A stretch of DNA of 64,000 nt from IMG/VR virus record IMGVR_UViG_3300031088_000782, positions 64,001 through 128,000 of that record, one strand, 5' to 3'. Below, piece by piece: positions 46,843 to 57,103 of this stretch. Source of the stretch: a virus (lineage: Duplodnaviria; Caudoviricetes). Below the pieces are notes generated by a model. The model saw nothing but the letters and a program-made list of their open reading frames with translations. It was not told where the DNA came from and searched no databases. The translations under genes and the position numbers were made by a program. Positions within the stretch are counted from its first letter, which is position 1; every line of letters starts with the position of its first letter.

Positions 46843-46893
46843 AAAATTGGGTAGAAAGCAACTTTAAAAACCACAGCTTTCTACCCAATTTTT
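46842..46893 (+). terminator. Terminator-like hairpin
   Basis: aaaaattgggtagaaagc / gctttctacccaattttt, 18-bp perfect stem. Confidence 0.85.
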
Positions 46894-46898
46894 CAGTA

Positions 46899-46915
46899 GA
46901 TATTTTCGGTAGAAT
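46899..46915 (+). promoter_or_regulatory. GATATT motif followed by GGTAGAAT
   Basis: GATATT 48 nt before ATG 46947; GGTAGAAT at 46908. Confidence 0.55.
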
Positions 46916-46946
46916 ATTAAGAGATAAAACAACAAAAGGAAAATCT

Positions 46947-47408
46947 ATGAGCAAAGAAATTGACTATGAAAACATTCATCAATCAATTGAGGATGCTATC
47001 GAAAACTTCAAAGTGGCGAAAAATAATTTTGAAACCCAACGCGAAGAACTTGTGTCAATAAACAGAAAAGTTTCTGAAAGCATTTCTCAACTTCAAGAAG
47101 CAAAATTGAAGATTGAAGATCTTTTGGGGGAAGATGAAGATAAAGTTTCTAAAAAAACACCAAGAAAAACTGCATCTAAATCTCAGTCGAGCAAAAAATC
47201 ATCTGCTAGTAAAAAAGTAGTTGAAGAACCTAAAAACGATTTAAAAGAAGAAAGCGAATCTTTGGCTAAACCGAAGAATAAAGTTATTGCTCAAAATGAT
47301 ACTAATGATAAAGATGATTCCGCCAGCAGTAAAGATAAAGACATTGAAAGCTTTATCACTGATGATGGATTGTTTGATTCTGATGATATAGACGAAATTA
47401 ATTTTTAA
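46947..47408 (+). CDS. Coiled-coil protein with basic linker and acidic tail
   Basis: N-terminal heptads; ends DDGLFDSDDIDEINF. Confidence 0.75.
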   Translation: MSKEIDYENIHQSIEDAIENFKVAKNNFETQREELVSINRKVSESISQLQEAKLKIEDLLGEDEDKVSKKTPRKTASKSQSSKKSSASKKVVEEPKNDLKEESESLAKPKNKVIAQNDTNDKDDSASSKDKDIESFITDDGLFDSDDIDEINF

Positions 47409-47432
47409 GAGAAGAAAAGGAAAAACAATATA

Positions 47433-48635
47433 ATGAAGATTACGATTAATTCAAAAAGTTTTGTGGAGGCTGTTTCTTGGGTCACAAAATCATATGACAC
47501 AAAAAACGACAGGTCTTATATAGCTTTGTCGATTGATTCAGAGGGTGAAGGTGTTCTTTCACACGCTAATGCCAACTCATATATGAAGAGCAATTACAGC
47601 GTTGTTTCAGTTGATTTTGATGGTGATGATCAAGACAATGCTGTTTTCTCCGTAGATGGAGCTTACCTGAAGAATTTAGCTAATGCTATCGGTTCATCAG
47701 GTGGAGATTTTGTCATCAGTAAAAAGCTGAAAGCAGAAAGAACCTCTCTTGATGTTAAAACAAATTTAGGAAAATTCACTATCCCACTTCTTGATCAGAC
47801 AGTTGCAAGCGAACCAGAATTCGTTGAAATTGGAGAAGTTGATGACAATGAATTTTTTGATTCTTTGACAAGAATTGCAAAACTGTGTGATTCTGATAAT
47901 TCAGGTTCATCAAGCTTTATCGGATCTGTTGATTTCGGCTTTGACACAGAAGAAAAAACTGTTAAGATGTTTGCTACTGATAGATATGCTTTAGGTGAAA
48001 TTTCTCTTGATTTCAGCCCCTCCGAAGAAGAAGATGATACAGTTGATGAAATTGTTTCAAAACATATTCTACTTCCTAGCAACAGCGCAAATATTGTTTC
48101 TTCTACTAAGGGGATAAATACTTCTATCACTCTCATTGCTGAAGATAGTGGAGATGGGACATTAAGGTTTGGCTATTCTTTCCCTGATGGACGAATCGCT
48201 CTTTTCTCTTTAGTCAATGCTGCTACCTTCCCTCACACAAAAGCAATGAAAGATAAAGCACTTAAAGAAGTGGAGCACGAAGTTACTCTTGAAACTTCTG
48301 ATTTGAAAAATGCTATCAGAACTATTTCAAGCCTTTCTCCGTCAGAAGATGACATTTATTTCACAATTTCAAGTAAAGGTTTAGTTGTCACAGATTCAAC
48401 TAAATCAAATTCCCTAAAAGTGGATCATGATGAAATCGACTATGACAATGACGAGGATTATCGTGCTCGTTTTGTCAGAAGTGTTATCAATGAAGCTTTC
48501 AGTCCTATTAGCACAAATAAAATGAAACTCAAGTGGGGGTCAGACAGTATGGCTTTTGTTCTTGAACCTATTACAGAAGATGGGGAAAGTGTAAATAACG
48601 TTTTCGTCATGGCTGTTATTGGGAAAGTCAACTGA
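47433..48635 (+). CDS. dnaN: DNA polymerase III beta sliding clamp-like protein
   Basis: About 400 aa, acidic; VKMFATDRYAL matches the ATDxxRL clamp motif; ATFP and FVLEP segments at the expected positions. Confidence 0.8.
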   Translation: MKITINSKSFVEAVSWVTKSYDTKNDRSYIALSIDSEGEGVLSHANANSYMKSNYSVVSVDFDGDDQDNAVFSVDGAYLKNLANAIGSSGGDFVISKKLKAERTSLDVKTNLGKFTIPLLDQTVASEPEFVEIGEVDDNEFFDSLTRIAKLCDSDNSGSSSFIGSVDFGFDTEEKTVKMFATDRYALGEISLDFSPSEEEDDTVDEIVSKHILLPSNSANIVSSTKGINTSITLIAEDSGDGTLRFGYSFPDGRIALFSLVNAATFPHTKAMKDKALKEVEHEVTLETSDLKNAIRTISSLSPSEDDIYFTISSKGLVVTDSTKSNSLKVDHDEIDYDNDEDYRARFVRSVINEAFSPISTNKMKLKWGSDSMAFVLEPITEDGESVNNVFVMAVIGKVN

Positions 48636-48660
48636 AAAAACACGATAGGATAAATAAAAC

Positions 48661-49347
48661 ATGGTGCCAGAGACAAATCTAATAGGAATAATTGCTTCTT
48701 TTCTTGCAGTTATTGTTCCAGTTGGTTTAGGAATTTTTTCAATATTTTTTAAGCCAAAATGGATGAAAGATAAGTCTCTGGCTCCTTCGTGGACAAAAAT
48801 TAACGTAGCTGCAATAACAGTTGGATTGTTATCAGGATGTTTTGGTTGGTTCATGTACAAAGAATTTGGAACTTACATCAGCGGTATAGCGTTTCTCAAC
48901 TCTTCACTTCTAGGATTCAGTGTTTTTCAAACTTTTTTCACTGATTTTTGGTATAGGCTTGCAGATAGAAGAATTTTAAATATTTCTACGCTAATTTCTC
49001 TTCTCTTCGGTATATATATGACTTGGGATATTTTTGGAAAAGAAATGTTGATGATATATGGCATTTTATTCTTTCTAGCAACAATAGTTTTATTTATTCC
49101 AAGCATAGGATCTTCTGATGGAAGAGCTTTACAACTAGTTGTTTCTGCAACTGTTCCTCTTGTTGGTTTAATGGGTTTTCAATGGGGAATAGTAATGTTT
49201 TTGATTTTAATTTGTGCTTTTGGAATCGGGAATGCAATATACAAAAAAGATTTGAAGTCTTTAGTGAAAAAGGTCTCTATGCCTTTGGTTCCTATAATAT
49301 TATTAGCATTTTTAATAGTCATATTATTCTATAATTTATTTTTCTGA
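48661..49347 (+). CDS. A24 prepilin-peptidase-like aspartic protease
   Basis: Multi-TM; FFTDFWYRLAD (first Asp motif), IGSSDGRAL (GxxD motif), SMPLVP end. Confidence 0.7.
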   Translation: MVPETNLIGIIASFLAVIVPVGLGIFSIFFKPKWMKDKSLAPSWTKINVAAITVGLLSGCFGWFMYKEFGTYISGIAFLNSSLLGFSVFQTFFTDFWYRLADRRILNISTLISLLFGIYMTWDIFGKEMLMIYGILFFLATIVLFIPSIGSSDGRALQLVVSATVPLVGLMGFQWGIVMFLILICAFGIGNAIYKKDLKSLVKKVSMPLVPIILLAFLIVILFYNLFF

Positions 49348-49363
49348 AATAGTGACCATTGGC

Positions 49364-49369
49364 GATATT
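49364..49369 (+). promoter_or_regulatory. GATATW candidate promoter motif
   Basis: GATATT 41 nt before ATG 49405. Confidence 0.45.
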
Positions 49370-49389
49370 CATTTTAAATATCCGTAAAT

Positions 49390-50319
49390 TTGAAAGGTTT
49401 TAACATGTCAGACATTTTAGACAGCATTGACGATTTGGTTGATGATGATGAAGATTTTAACGAAGAAACAGAAGATTTCTATGATGCTTCTTCTGACCTT
49501 GACACTGTTCTCAATGACGAAGGAGAAATGTCAGAAACAGAAGCAAGAGAAGTGACAGCTGCAATACGATCTGCAGTGACAGCAACTTACATTCTTTTGT
49601 CTCAAGCTCATGAAGGAAAAGCCTATAAAGCATTAGGGTATGACACATGGGCTGATTATGTCCGCGAAGAATTTGAAATCTCTCCTCAACGCTCTTATCA
49701 GCTTCTTGATCTTTCAAAAACAATTAAACTTATTGAAGAAGTTTCGCCAGAAGGAACAGTTGTTAAATTAACCGAAGCTCAAGCTCGTGACATCAAAAGA
49801 GAGCTTCCAAAGATTACAGAAAAAATTAGCGAAGAAACCAAAGATCTTAATTCCGATGAAGCCGGAGATCTTGTTGGACGAATTATCGAAGATGCAAGAG
49901 AACAGCAGAAAGCTGATGAGAAAGGCATTGCTGAACGAGAGAAAAATCTTGCTGAAGCGGAAAAAGAAGGATATCAAAAGGGATTAGAAGCGGCTGCTGA
50001 TGCAATGCTTGAAGAAGATGAGGAAGAAAGAAGCCCTAATAGAACTTTTGATGCTGATGCTCCTGACAGAATGACAGATTCAGCAGATGACGAATTTCTC
50101 GAAGTTGATGTGGATGGGGACGGAGGAGTTTCTCCATCTGATAGCATGAACCTTTATCAATTCGTTAATGCTTTGACAGGTATTTCCTCTCTTCCTGAAC
50201 CCGATGATTTTGTTGAAACCATTCCAGAATCACGATTTGATGAAATGTATGAACAGATTTTAGAGTCAGCTTCATGGATGAATAGATTATCTACATTAAT
50301 GGAGTTGCGTAAAAGTTGA
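49390..50319 (+). CDS. Acidic hypothetical protein with HTH-like segment
   Basis: AYKALGYDTWADYVREEFEISPQRSYQLLD; likely start ATG 49405. Confidence 0.75.
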   Translation: MKGFNMSDILDSIDDLVDDDEDFNEETEDFYDASSDLDTVLNDEGEMSETEAREVTAAIRSAVTATYILLSQAHEGKAYKALGYDTWADYVREEFEISPQRSYQLLDLSKTIKLIEEVSPEGTVVKLTEAQARDIKRELPKITEKISEETKDLNSDEAGDLVGRIIEDAREQQKADEKGIAEREKNLAEAEKEGYQKGLEAAADAMLEEDEEERSPNRTFDADAPDRMTDSADDEFLEVDVDGDGGVSPSDSMNLYQFVNALTGISSLPEPDDFVETIPESRFDEMYEQILESASWMNRLSTLMELRKS

Positions 50320-50382
50320 TTTTTGAGTTTTTGTTTGGTAGAATGAATTTATCATGTCCCAACTAAATGAAGAGGTAGAACA

Positions 50383-52410
50383 TTGGATAAATTCTCAGAT
50401 TACGCAAACACAGCAGAAAACTCTTACCAGGTCTCTTTAGAGCTTAAAATGGTAGATCAAGACAGTTCTTACCTGCCTATGATGTATGAAAACCTTCCAC
50501 TCGAATTCAAAAAGGAATTGGACGATTTAGCGTCTGAACTTCTTGATCCAGATCGTGGACATGTAGCTGTTATCGGTTCATCACAGTCAGGTAAGACTTT
50601 TTTGATCAATCAACTTGTTGGAAATTTTGATCGATACCTTGACAAACTCAATAGAGATGTCATGCACTTTGTCCGAGTTGACGAAGATGATCTGTATGAC
50701 ATTATGGCACTTCCTAACCGTTACAGTACATATATTGACAGTATTGTAGATGAACTTCAGTGCTCGGAAGCTGACATTTGTTTTGTTACAGAAAATGTCG
50801 AAGTTGCATCAAAATTGTTCTCTTTCTCAAAGCGTTCACGCATTATTTTCGAAGCAAGCCGTTCAACATTTGTCAACATCGTCAATGCAGAAAACTCCGG
50901 AGACACTAAAATGTGGGCTAGCTGGAGATATGTGGATGTGACAGAGATTTTCATTAAAAAACAAGAACTTATTGATACCGTTTATCTTGCTTTAAATGAA
51001 AGAATTAAAGAAACATTCAATGTTGATCTAACAAAGAAAATGATTGCAATGTTCGTCAGTCATGCTTTGCGCAAGATTCCCGGATTGGTTGGAAAAGAAG
51101 GATATACAAAAGGAAAAATCCTTGCCCCTCTCGGCGTTTGGTTGGTTACTCTGAGAAGAATGGGAGGAATTCTTGGGCTTGCAGAGTCCAATTCCTTCCA
51201 GGATAAAAACGGAAAACTTGTTTTAGGAAAAGTCATTAATAACATTTTCCAAGACAATCAGGAAATTCTTGAATCATACATTGAAGAAGAGTTCCCAGAA
51301 GATTCAGATAACAGTATTCTTATTCCGCTTCCTGGTGGTCAATTCGTCAAAATTCCTATGCCACCGATGGCTAATCCTTTTGACGGAATTCCAGGGTTGG
51401 AGAGTTCTAGCGAAGAGAATATTCTTCAAGAGATCGATAAGAACCAGAAAGTTCAATTTAAAAACATTGATGAACTTGGCGATAAGCTGAAAAAAGAAGT
51501 TATCGGTCAAGATGATGCAGTTAAAGAAATCGTTGATGGTTTGGTTGTTCCAGCAGCCGGTTTGAATGATCCTACTAAACCAATTCGTTCAATGTTCTTC
51601 CTTGGGCCTACTGGCGTAGGTAAGACTAAGATGGCGCAAACTCTTGCTGAAGAAATTGCAGAAAAGCCTCTTAACCTTGTGAGAATCGACATGAGCGAAT
51701 ATTCTCAGCCACATGAAGCTTCAAAACTTCTTGGTGCACCTCCAGGATATGCCGGATTTGACAAGGGAGGCGTTCTTACAAATGCTATCAGTCAGAACCC
51801 ATGCTCTCTCATTCTTCTTGATGAAATCGAAAAAGCAGATCCGAAGATTTGGGATAGTTTCTTGCAGATTCTTGATGCAGGTAGAATGACTGATGGGACA
51901 GGAAATGTAGTTGATTTCACTCAAACAATTATTATTATGACCTCAAATTTGGGAGCAAAAGAAAACCAGAAGTCTCTCACCGGATTTAACACCGGAATGG
52001 AGAATGAGGATGAAAAGAATCAGAAAGCGAAAAAGGTCACAATGAAAGCATTGGAAGACAATTTCCGTCCTGAACTTATTAACCGTATTGACGAAATTAT
52101 CAACTTTAATGAAATTTCTAGAGATACAGCTCTTCAGATTGTAGCTAAAGAAGTTGGGATCCTTTCTGATAGAATGAAGAATTCAGGATATACTCTTGAA
52201 GGTCTCTCTTCTGATATTTTGGATGAGGTTCTTCTTCGTTCTAATATTGCAAAATATGGAGCAAGGGATATCCAAAGAGTTATTTTGAAAAGCATTTCAA
52301 ATCCTGTTGCTTACAGTATGGTGACAAACAAAAATGACGATAATAGTAATGTTTTTTCGCTCTTTATAGATAATGATAAGAACATTTCAGTTAAACGATC
52401 ACTGAAATGA
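50383..52410 (+). CDS. ClpA/B-like AAA+ ATPase with intact D2 and eroded D1, lacking the N-domain
   Basis: D2: GPTGVGKT, RIDMSEY, LLGAPPGYAG, LLDEIEKA, FRPELINRID, YGARDIQR; D1: only GSSQSGKT recognisable. Confidence 0.88.
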   Translation: MDKFSDYANTAENSYQVSLELKMVDQDSSYLPMMYENLPLEFKKELDDLASELLDPDRGHVAVIGSSQSGKTFLINQLVGNFDRYLDKLNRDVMHFVRVDEDDLYDIMALPNRYSTYIDSIVDELQCSEADICFVTENVEVASKLFSFSKRSRIIFEASRSTFVNIVNAENSGDTKMWASWRYVDVTEIFIKKQELIDTVYLALNERIKETFNVDLTKKMIAMFVSHALRKIPGLVGKEGYTKGKILAPLGVWLVTLRRMGGILGLAESNSFQDKNGKLVLGKVINNIFQDNQEILESYIEEEFPEDSDNSILIPLPGGQFVKIPMPPMANPFDGIPGLESSSEENILQEIDKNQKVQFKNIDELGDKLKKEVIGQDDAVKEIVDGLVVPAAGLNDPTKPIRSMFFLGPTGVGKTKMAQTLAEEIAEKPLNLVRIDMSEYSQPHEASKLLGAPPGYAGFDKGGVLTNAISQNPCSLILLDEIEKADPKIWDSFLQILDAGRMTDGTGNVVDFTQTIIIMTSNLGAKENQKSLTGFNTGMENEDEKNQKAKKVTMKALEDNFRPELINRIDEIINFNEISRDTALQIVAKEVGILSDRMKNSGYTLEGLSSDILDEVLLRSNIAKYGARDIQRVILKSISNPVAYSMVTNKNDDNSNVFSLFIDNDKNISVKRSLK

Positions 52411-52431
52411 AACTACTGAATGGAGTAATGT

Positions 52432-53379
52432 ATGTCACAGGATTTTGGCATAGACAATGAAGGTCAAGGATTTGATTTCGATGATGACGATGAAACAGAT
52501 CTTGACAAACTGCTTGACATAGCTGGGCGAACATCTGATGCTGATGACGATGATGATTCAGTGCTATTCTTCAATGATGACAAAAAAGAAGAACCACAGA
52601 CACCAGTTTATGAAACAACAAGCAGAGTGCAAGATAATAACGAATCAGATGATTCTTCTGTAGAAGTTGAAGATAATTATGATGATGTTGAAGAAGTCGT
52701 TGTTGAAACACGCCCGGAGCCAGTTGCTTATACTCCAGAGCCAGATAATAGCTATCAAGAGATTCAAAGACAAGAGCCTGAACCTGCAGAGACTCCGCAA
52801 GCAAGGGAAAGGGAGACTGAAGTGCAACAACAATATGTTGCATCAGTCTCCCAGCCTGAGCCTGCAGTTCAAGAATATTCTTACAATAATTACGAAACAA
52901 GCCGACCTAGCCCTAGCATTCGTAAGGTAGCTATAAAATCAGAAGCAGAAGAGATCAGAGAAACACGTAAAGTTATTAAAATTCTTGACACTTACAGAAA
53001 TCTTCAAAGTGATGCCAGAAATATTGTTTCTCAATTCTTAGATAATGATGACATGGATGATGAATCCACACTTGTTGTCAAAGTTTTGAGAGCCGATCCT
53101 ATGTTTGCGAAAACAATGGCAGCTTTGAAAGATTCTGCAAGTCAAGATGATAGGGTTGAAAGAGTATTCTATATTCTGCGTCTTAATACAGAAGTTCTTC
53201 ATAATTTAGGAAAACTTGTTGGAACTTTGACAGATGAAGAAGAGGAAATTCCAGGAATAGGCGACAGTATTGAATATTCTAAGAATGTAGAAGAAGCAAT
53301 CAATGGAATCGACAAGAAAATCATCGGTTATGTCTCAGCAACACAATCGGTTCTTGCCGCTGCAGAAGATGAAGAGTGA
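52432..53379 (+). CDS. Acidic hypothetical protein
   Basis: Disordered D/E/P-rich N-half, helical C-half. Confidence 0.75.
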   Translation: MSQDFGIDNEGQGFDFDDDDETDLDKLLDIAGRTSDADDDDDSVLFFNDDKKEEPQTPVYETTSRVQDNNESDDSSVEVEDNYDDVEEVVVETRPEPVAYTPEPDNSYQEIQRQEPEPAETPQARERETEVQQQYVASVSQPEPAVQEYSYNNYETSRPSPSIRKVAIKSEAEEIRETRKVIKILDTYRNLQSDARNIVSQFLDNDDMDDESTLVVKVLRADPMFAKTMAALKDSASQDDRVERVFYILRLNTEVLHNLGKLVGTLTDEEEEIPGIGDSIEYSKNVEEAINGIDKKIIGYVSATQSVLAAAEDEE

Positions 53380-53388
53380 AAGTAGAAA

Positions 53389-56121
53389 ATGACAGAAGTT
53401 GACATTTGGGAAGATGAGCCTTTAGCTTTACCAGATCCTACAGAATTGGTGGAAGCATCTATAGAATCTACCACTGAAAAAATAGATGCTTCCATCATTA
53501 TGCCTGAAGTAGAGGGAAAGCAAATAGTCCTTACCATTGATGATGGCAACATTCATTTGTTTTCAAAACAAGATCTCATGACAGGATATTTTTTGAATCT
53601 TATTAATTTTCGAAAAGTTCAGAAAATAAACCAAACGAGTCAGTACCTTCTTCGCCTTACGCCCCTGAACGCCTTTGTTTTAAGAAGAGCGCTCATGGGG
53701 TATAAGAACATTATAAACCCCTCAGATGTCCAAATAATGGCTTCTGAGGCGGATAAAGTACCTCTCCCCGAAGCTCATTTGACAGAAGATGGAAAACATG
53801 TTGAAATTGTTGCGCCAAAAATCAAATTCTATACAGAACTTTTGTCAAAAGTAAATTCTTATCCAACTAAAACTGGTTATAGAGTTGAAATTGCAAGAGT
53901 AATGGATCTCGAAACATTATCTGAAACAACAGAGTCACGTTTCCCTAAAATAAAATTTGACAGAAAAGTTTTACAATTGAATCGTGAGCCAATAGTAGGA
54001 TTTGATGGAACATTACAGTCATTGAAAGATATCCCTATTGGGTCTCTCAATGTTGTTTCAGCAAACAATCAATCATGGAAAGCATTAAAAGGATCAAAAC
54101 AAACACTTGAAGAAAAAATGCAATCATTAGGTATTAACAGTTTGTATGATATGCTTTTCTGGCTTCCTAAAAGATATATAGATAAATCAAAACCTCAAGA
54201 TATAAGCGATCTTGTAGAAGGCGAAACAGCTGTTGTTGTTGGAAAAATTGATGAAACACACGAAATAACCGCTGGACGAGGCGGCGCAGTATTCACAGTT
54301 AAAACGAACACTGGTAACACAATACGAACAACATTCTTCAATCAAAAATGGCTGTTGTCTAAATTTTCGGTGGGAAACGAAGTTCTTGTCACAGGAAAAT
54401 TCTCTTGGTGGAACAAAAAACCTCAAATTTCTGGATCTTCGATTGAACACGCTGAAGAAGCAGCAATGCTCCCTATCGTTCCTATTTACAAACAATCTCC
54501 TTCAAAAGGAATTACTACATATTTTCTTATGGCATCAAATAGAGAACTCTTATCACGATTAGGAGATATAAAACTTCCGCCATATTTCCGACAAGAAGGA
54601 AGAATGAACTATTGTGAAGCTCTTTCTGAACTTCATTTCCCAAGCTCACTAGCAGAACACAAAAAAGCAGTTGAAACTCTTGCTTATTATGAGTTAATTC
54701 ATATGCAAATTATTGTTCAAGAGGCGAAAGAAAAATCTGAACTAAGAGCTGGATTAGTCATACCTGAAGGCAAAAGAAAACTACAAGCAAAGGGCATTAA
54801 AATGATGCCTTTTGAGCTTACTGTGTCTCAAAAACGTGCTGTTGTCGAAATGAATTCAAAATTAGAGAACCATTTGCCATCCTCAACTCTTCTTAGCGCA
54901 GATGTTGGGGCAGGTAAGTCAGCAATCGCTCAACTTGCTGCTTTAAGAGCCGTTGATGGGGGCTATCAGGCTGTTGTAATAGGTCCAACGGATATTCTTG
55001 CACGACAACTTTTTGAAGGCTTTAAAAAGCTTTTAGACAAGATTGAAGAAAAATTTGGAGATCACATTCCTATCATATTCATCAATGGCTCTATGAAAGC
55101 TAAAGAGAAAAAGGAAGCTTTTAAAAAGATTTCAGATGGAGAAATTTCTATTGTTGTAGGAACGCATTCTGTTATGAATTCTGTCACCTATAATAATTTA
55201 GGTTTTGTTGCTATTGATGAACAACAAAAATTTGGAGCTGAACAGAGAAGTAAACTTCTTACTTCACGCGAAGATGGAGCTATTCCAGATATCATGATGC
55301 AAACAGCAACTCCTATTCCAAGGAGCACAGCACAGGTTTTCTACGGAGACATAGATATGATAGAACTGGCAGAAAAACCGCCAGGAAGAATCCCTATTGT
55401 TACAGAATGGATTCGAGAAGACCCTAATGAAATGATAGAACAGATAACAAATAAAGTATGGGCTGACATTATCGAAGAAGCTGGAAAAGGAAATCAAACC
55501 TTCATTATTACTCCATTAGTTTCAGAATCAACAAAAATTGATTCCGCCTCTGTTGAAAGAACATACAAAAGTCTTCAGCAAATGGCTTTGAGTGGATTAA
55601 GAATAGGTTTTGTTCATGGGCAGATGAAACAAGACCTTCAACAGCAAGAAATGGATAAATTCAGAAATAAAGAATATGACGTTCTCGTTTCCTCAATGGT
55701 TGTCGAAGTTGGTGTGGATATTCCAGATGCCACAAGAGTTGCTATATTATCTGCAGACAGACTGGGAAGCGCCTCTTTGCATCAAATCAGAGGTCGTGTA
55801 GGAAGAAATTCAAAACCATCCAAGTGCTATCTTGTGTCTTTGGGGAAAACAGAGAACAGTCAGATAAGACTTCAATCTCTTGTCGACAGCGAAAACGGTT
55901 TCGATATTGCGAAAGCTGACCTTGAACTTCGTGGAGAAGGTAATATGTTCAGCACAGAACAATCAGGTAGGTCAGAAATGATTTTCGCAAACTTAGCTAA
56001 ACATCGAGACAAGATTAACGAAGCCAAAGAAGAGGCGAAGCGGATATTAAAATCACCATTCAAAGATGCAGCGATAAAAGACAGTAAAGAGAAATTCCAG
56101 TCAGAAGAGAGGATTATATAA
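53389..56121 (+). CDS. recG: RecG helicase with long N-terminal extension
   Basis: LFWLPKRYID, wedge/OB domain, ADVGAGKS, IDEQQKFG, TATPIPRS, LHQIRGRVGR, NGFDIAKADLELRGEG. Confidence 0.92.
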   Translation: MTEVDIWEDEPLALPDPTELVEASIESTTEKIDASIIMPEVEGKQIVLTIDDGNIHLFSKQDLMTGYFLNLINFRKVQKINQTSQYLLRLTPLNAFVLRRALMGYKNIINPSDVQIMASEADKVPLPEAHLTEDGKHVEIVAPKIKFYTELLSKVNSYPTKTGYRVEIARVMDLETLSETTESRFPKIKFDRKVLQLNREPIVGFDGTLQSLKDIPIGSLNVVSANNQSWKALKGSKQTLEEKMQSLGINSLYDMLFWLPKRYIDKSKPQDISDLVEGETAVVVGKIDETHEITAGRGGAVFTVKTNTGNTIRTTFFNQKWLLSKFSVGNEVLVTGKFSWWNKKPQISGSSIEHAEEAAMLPIVPIYKQSPSKGITTYFLMASNRELLSRLGDIKLPPYFRQEGRMNYCEALSELHFPSSLAEHKKAVETLAYYELIHMQIIVQEAKEKSELRAGLVIPEGKRKLQAKGIKMMPFELTVSQKRAVVEMNSKLENHLPSSTLLSADVGAGKSAIAQLAALRAVDGGYQAVVIGPTDILARQLFEGFKKLLDKIEEKFGDHIPIIFINGSMKAKEKKEAFKKISDGEISIVVGTHSVMNSVTYNNLGFVAIDEQQKFGAEQRSKLLTSREDGAIPDIMMQTATPIPRSTAQVFYGDIDMIELAEKPPGRIPIVTEWIREDPNEMIEQITNKVWADIIEEAGKGNQTFIITPLVSESTKIDSASVERTYKSLQQMALSGLRIGFVHGQMKQDLQQQEMDKFRNKEYDVLVSSMVVEVGVDIPDATRVAILSADRLGSASLHQIRGRVGRNSKPSKCYLVSLGKTENSQIRLQSLVDSENGFDIAKADLELRGEGNMFSTEQSGRSEMIFANLAKHRDKINEAKEEAKRILKSPFKDAAIKDSKEKFQSEERII

Positions 56122-56741
56122 TGTATTTCAGAAAAGCTTTGGTTCGTATCCGAAAAGAATACAATCTAAACCCAAAAAGGCTTTTCCTATATTCAGGAAT
56201 CGCTGCTCTAATCTGTTCTCTTCTTGGAATTCTTTCAGATGTTTTACTACCGTTTGAATTGTGGGGAAATATTATTAGAAGCCTTGTTCTTATTCCAACA
56301 TCAATCTCAATGTTCGTTTTCGGCTACGGAGTAAGCCTGTTTCTTCATTATGCAAGAATAGCGGACAATCCAGAATGGCAACCCTTTAGATTACGCTTCT
56401 CTCCTACATGGAGAAGAAGAATATCTGCAATAGTAGCTGCAATGATGTTTGTAGGGATATATGCTAATGGATTCAGAATAGGATATACTGTAATAGCTTC
56501 TTTGTTTGTCGCTCTTGCAATTGGATTGTTTGCATTCATGAGAACTACAAAAGAAGAATCAAAGAGAGAAGAGTTGAATCTTCCTGACATCAGAGATACG
56601 CGATATGAGGAACAAATGAAAAAACTTGAAAAAGCTCGTGCCGAAAGTATCAGACAGAAAGAGATAAGACGAAAAGAACGACGAGAAAAACTTATTCACG
56701 GATCCAAAAAAGACAAGAAAACAGAAGAAGAAGCAGAATAA
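56121..56741 (+). CDS. Membrane protein (about 4 TM) with basic tail
   Basis: Hydrophobic segments; TAATG overlap with recG. Confidence 0.75.
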   Translation: MYFRKALVRIRKEYNLNPKRLFLYSGIAALICSLLGILSDVLLPFELWGNIIRSLVLIPTSISMFVFGYGVSLFLHYARIADNPEWQPFRLRFSPTWRRRISAIVAAMMFVGIYANGFRIGYTVIASLFVALAIGLFAFMRTTKEESKREELNLPDIRDTRYEEQMKKLEKARAESIRQKEIRRKERREKLIHGSKKDKKTEEEAE

Positions 56742-56833
56742 TTAATATGTGACAAAATTCACAATTAAACATTTTTCAACAGAATAGCTACAAACTCCCT
56801 AAAACTTGCCGAAACAGACGAATTTCAAATTTT

Positions 56834-56887
56834 TTGAAGTTTTTCTAATCAGTACTTCAATAAAAATACTTGTTAGAAAAACTTCAA
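56834..56887. repeat. 15-bp perfect inverted repeat with 24-nt spacer
   Basis: ttgaagtttttctaa / ttagaaaaacttcaa; terminator or operator. Confidence 0.7.
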
Positions 56888-57103
56888 CATTACAAAATAA
56901 ACACATCATTATAAAATAATTTTTCAATGCCTAAATGTGAGATCATCATCTTTTATTAATGAATTTCTCTGATGGTTTTATTGATGAAAAATAGAATTGA
57001 AATAATGGTAGAATGTTTATTGAAAACAAAATTGAGAAAAATTTTGTTCATAGAAAATTGATAAAATCATTAGACAAGAAATACACGATAATAGGAGAAA
57101 TAC

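Noticed and set aside
38250-57103. LexA box before recA and NrdR box before nrdE
   Set aside because: No convincing TCGAAC-N4-GTTCGA or NrdR-type palindrome was seen.
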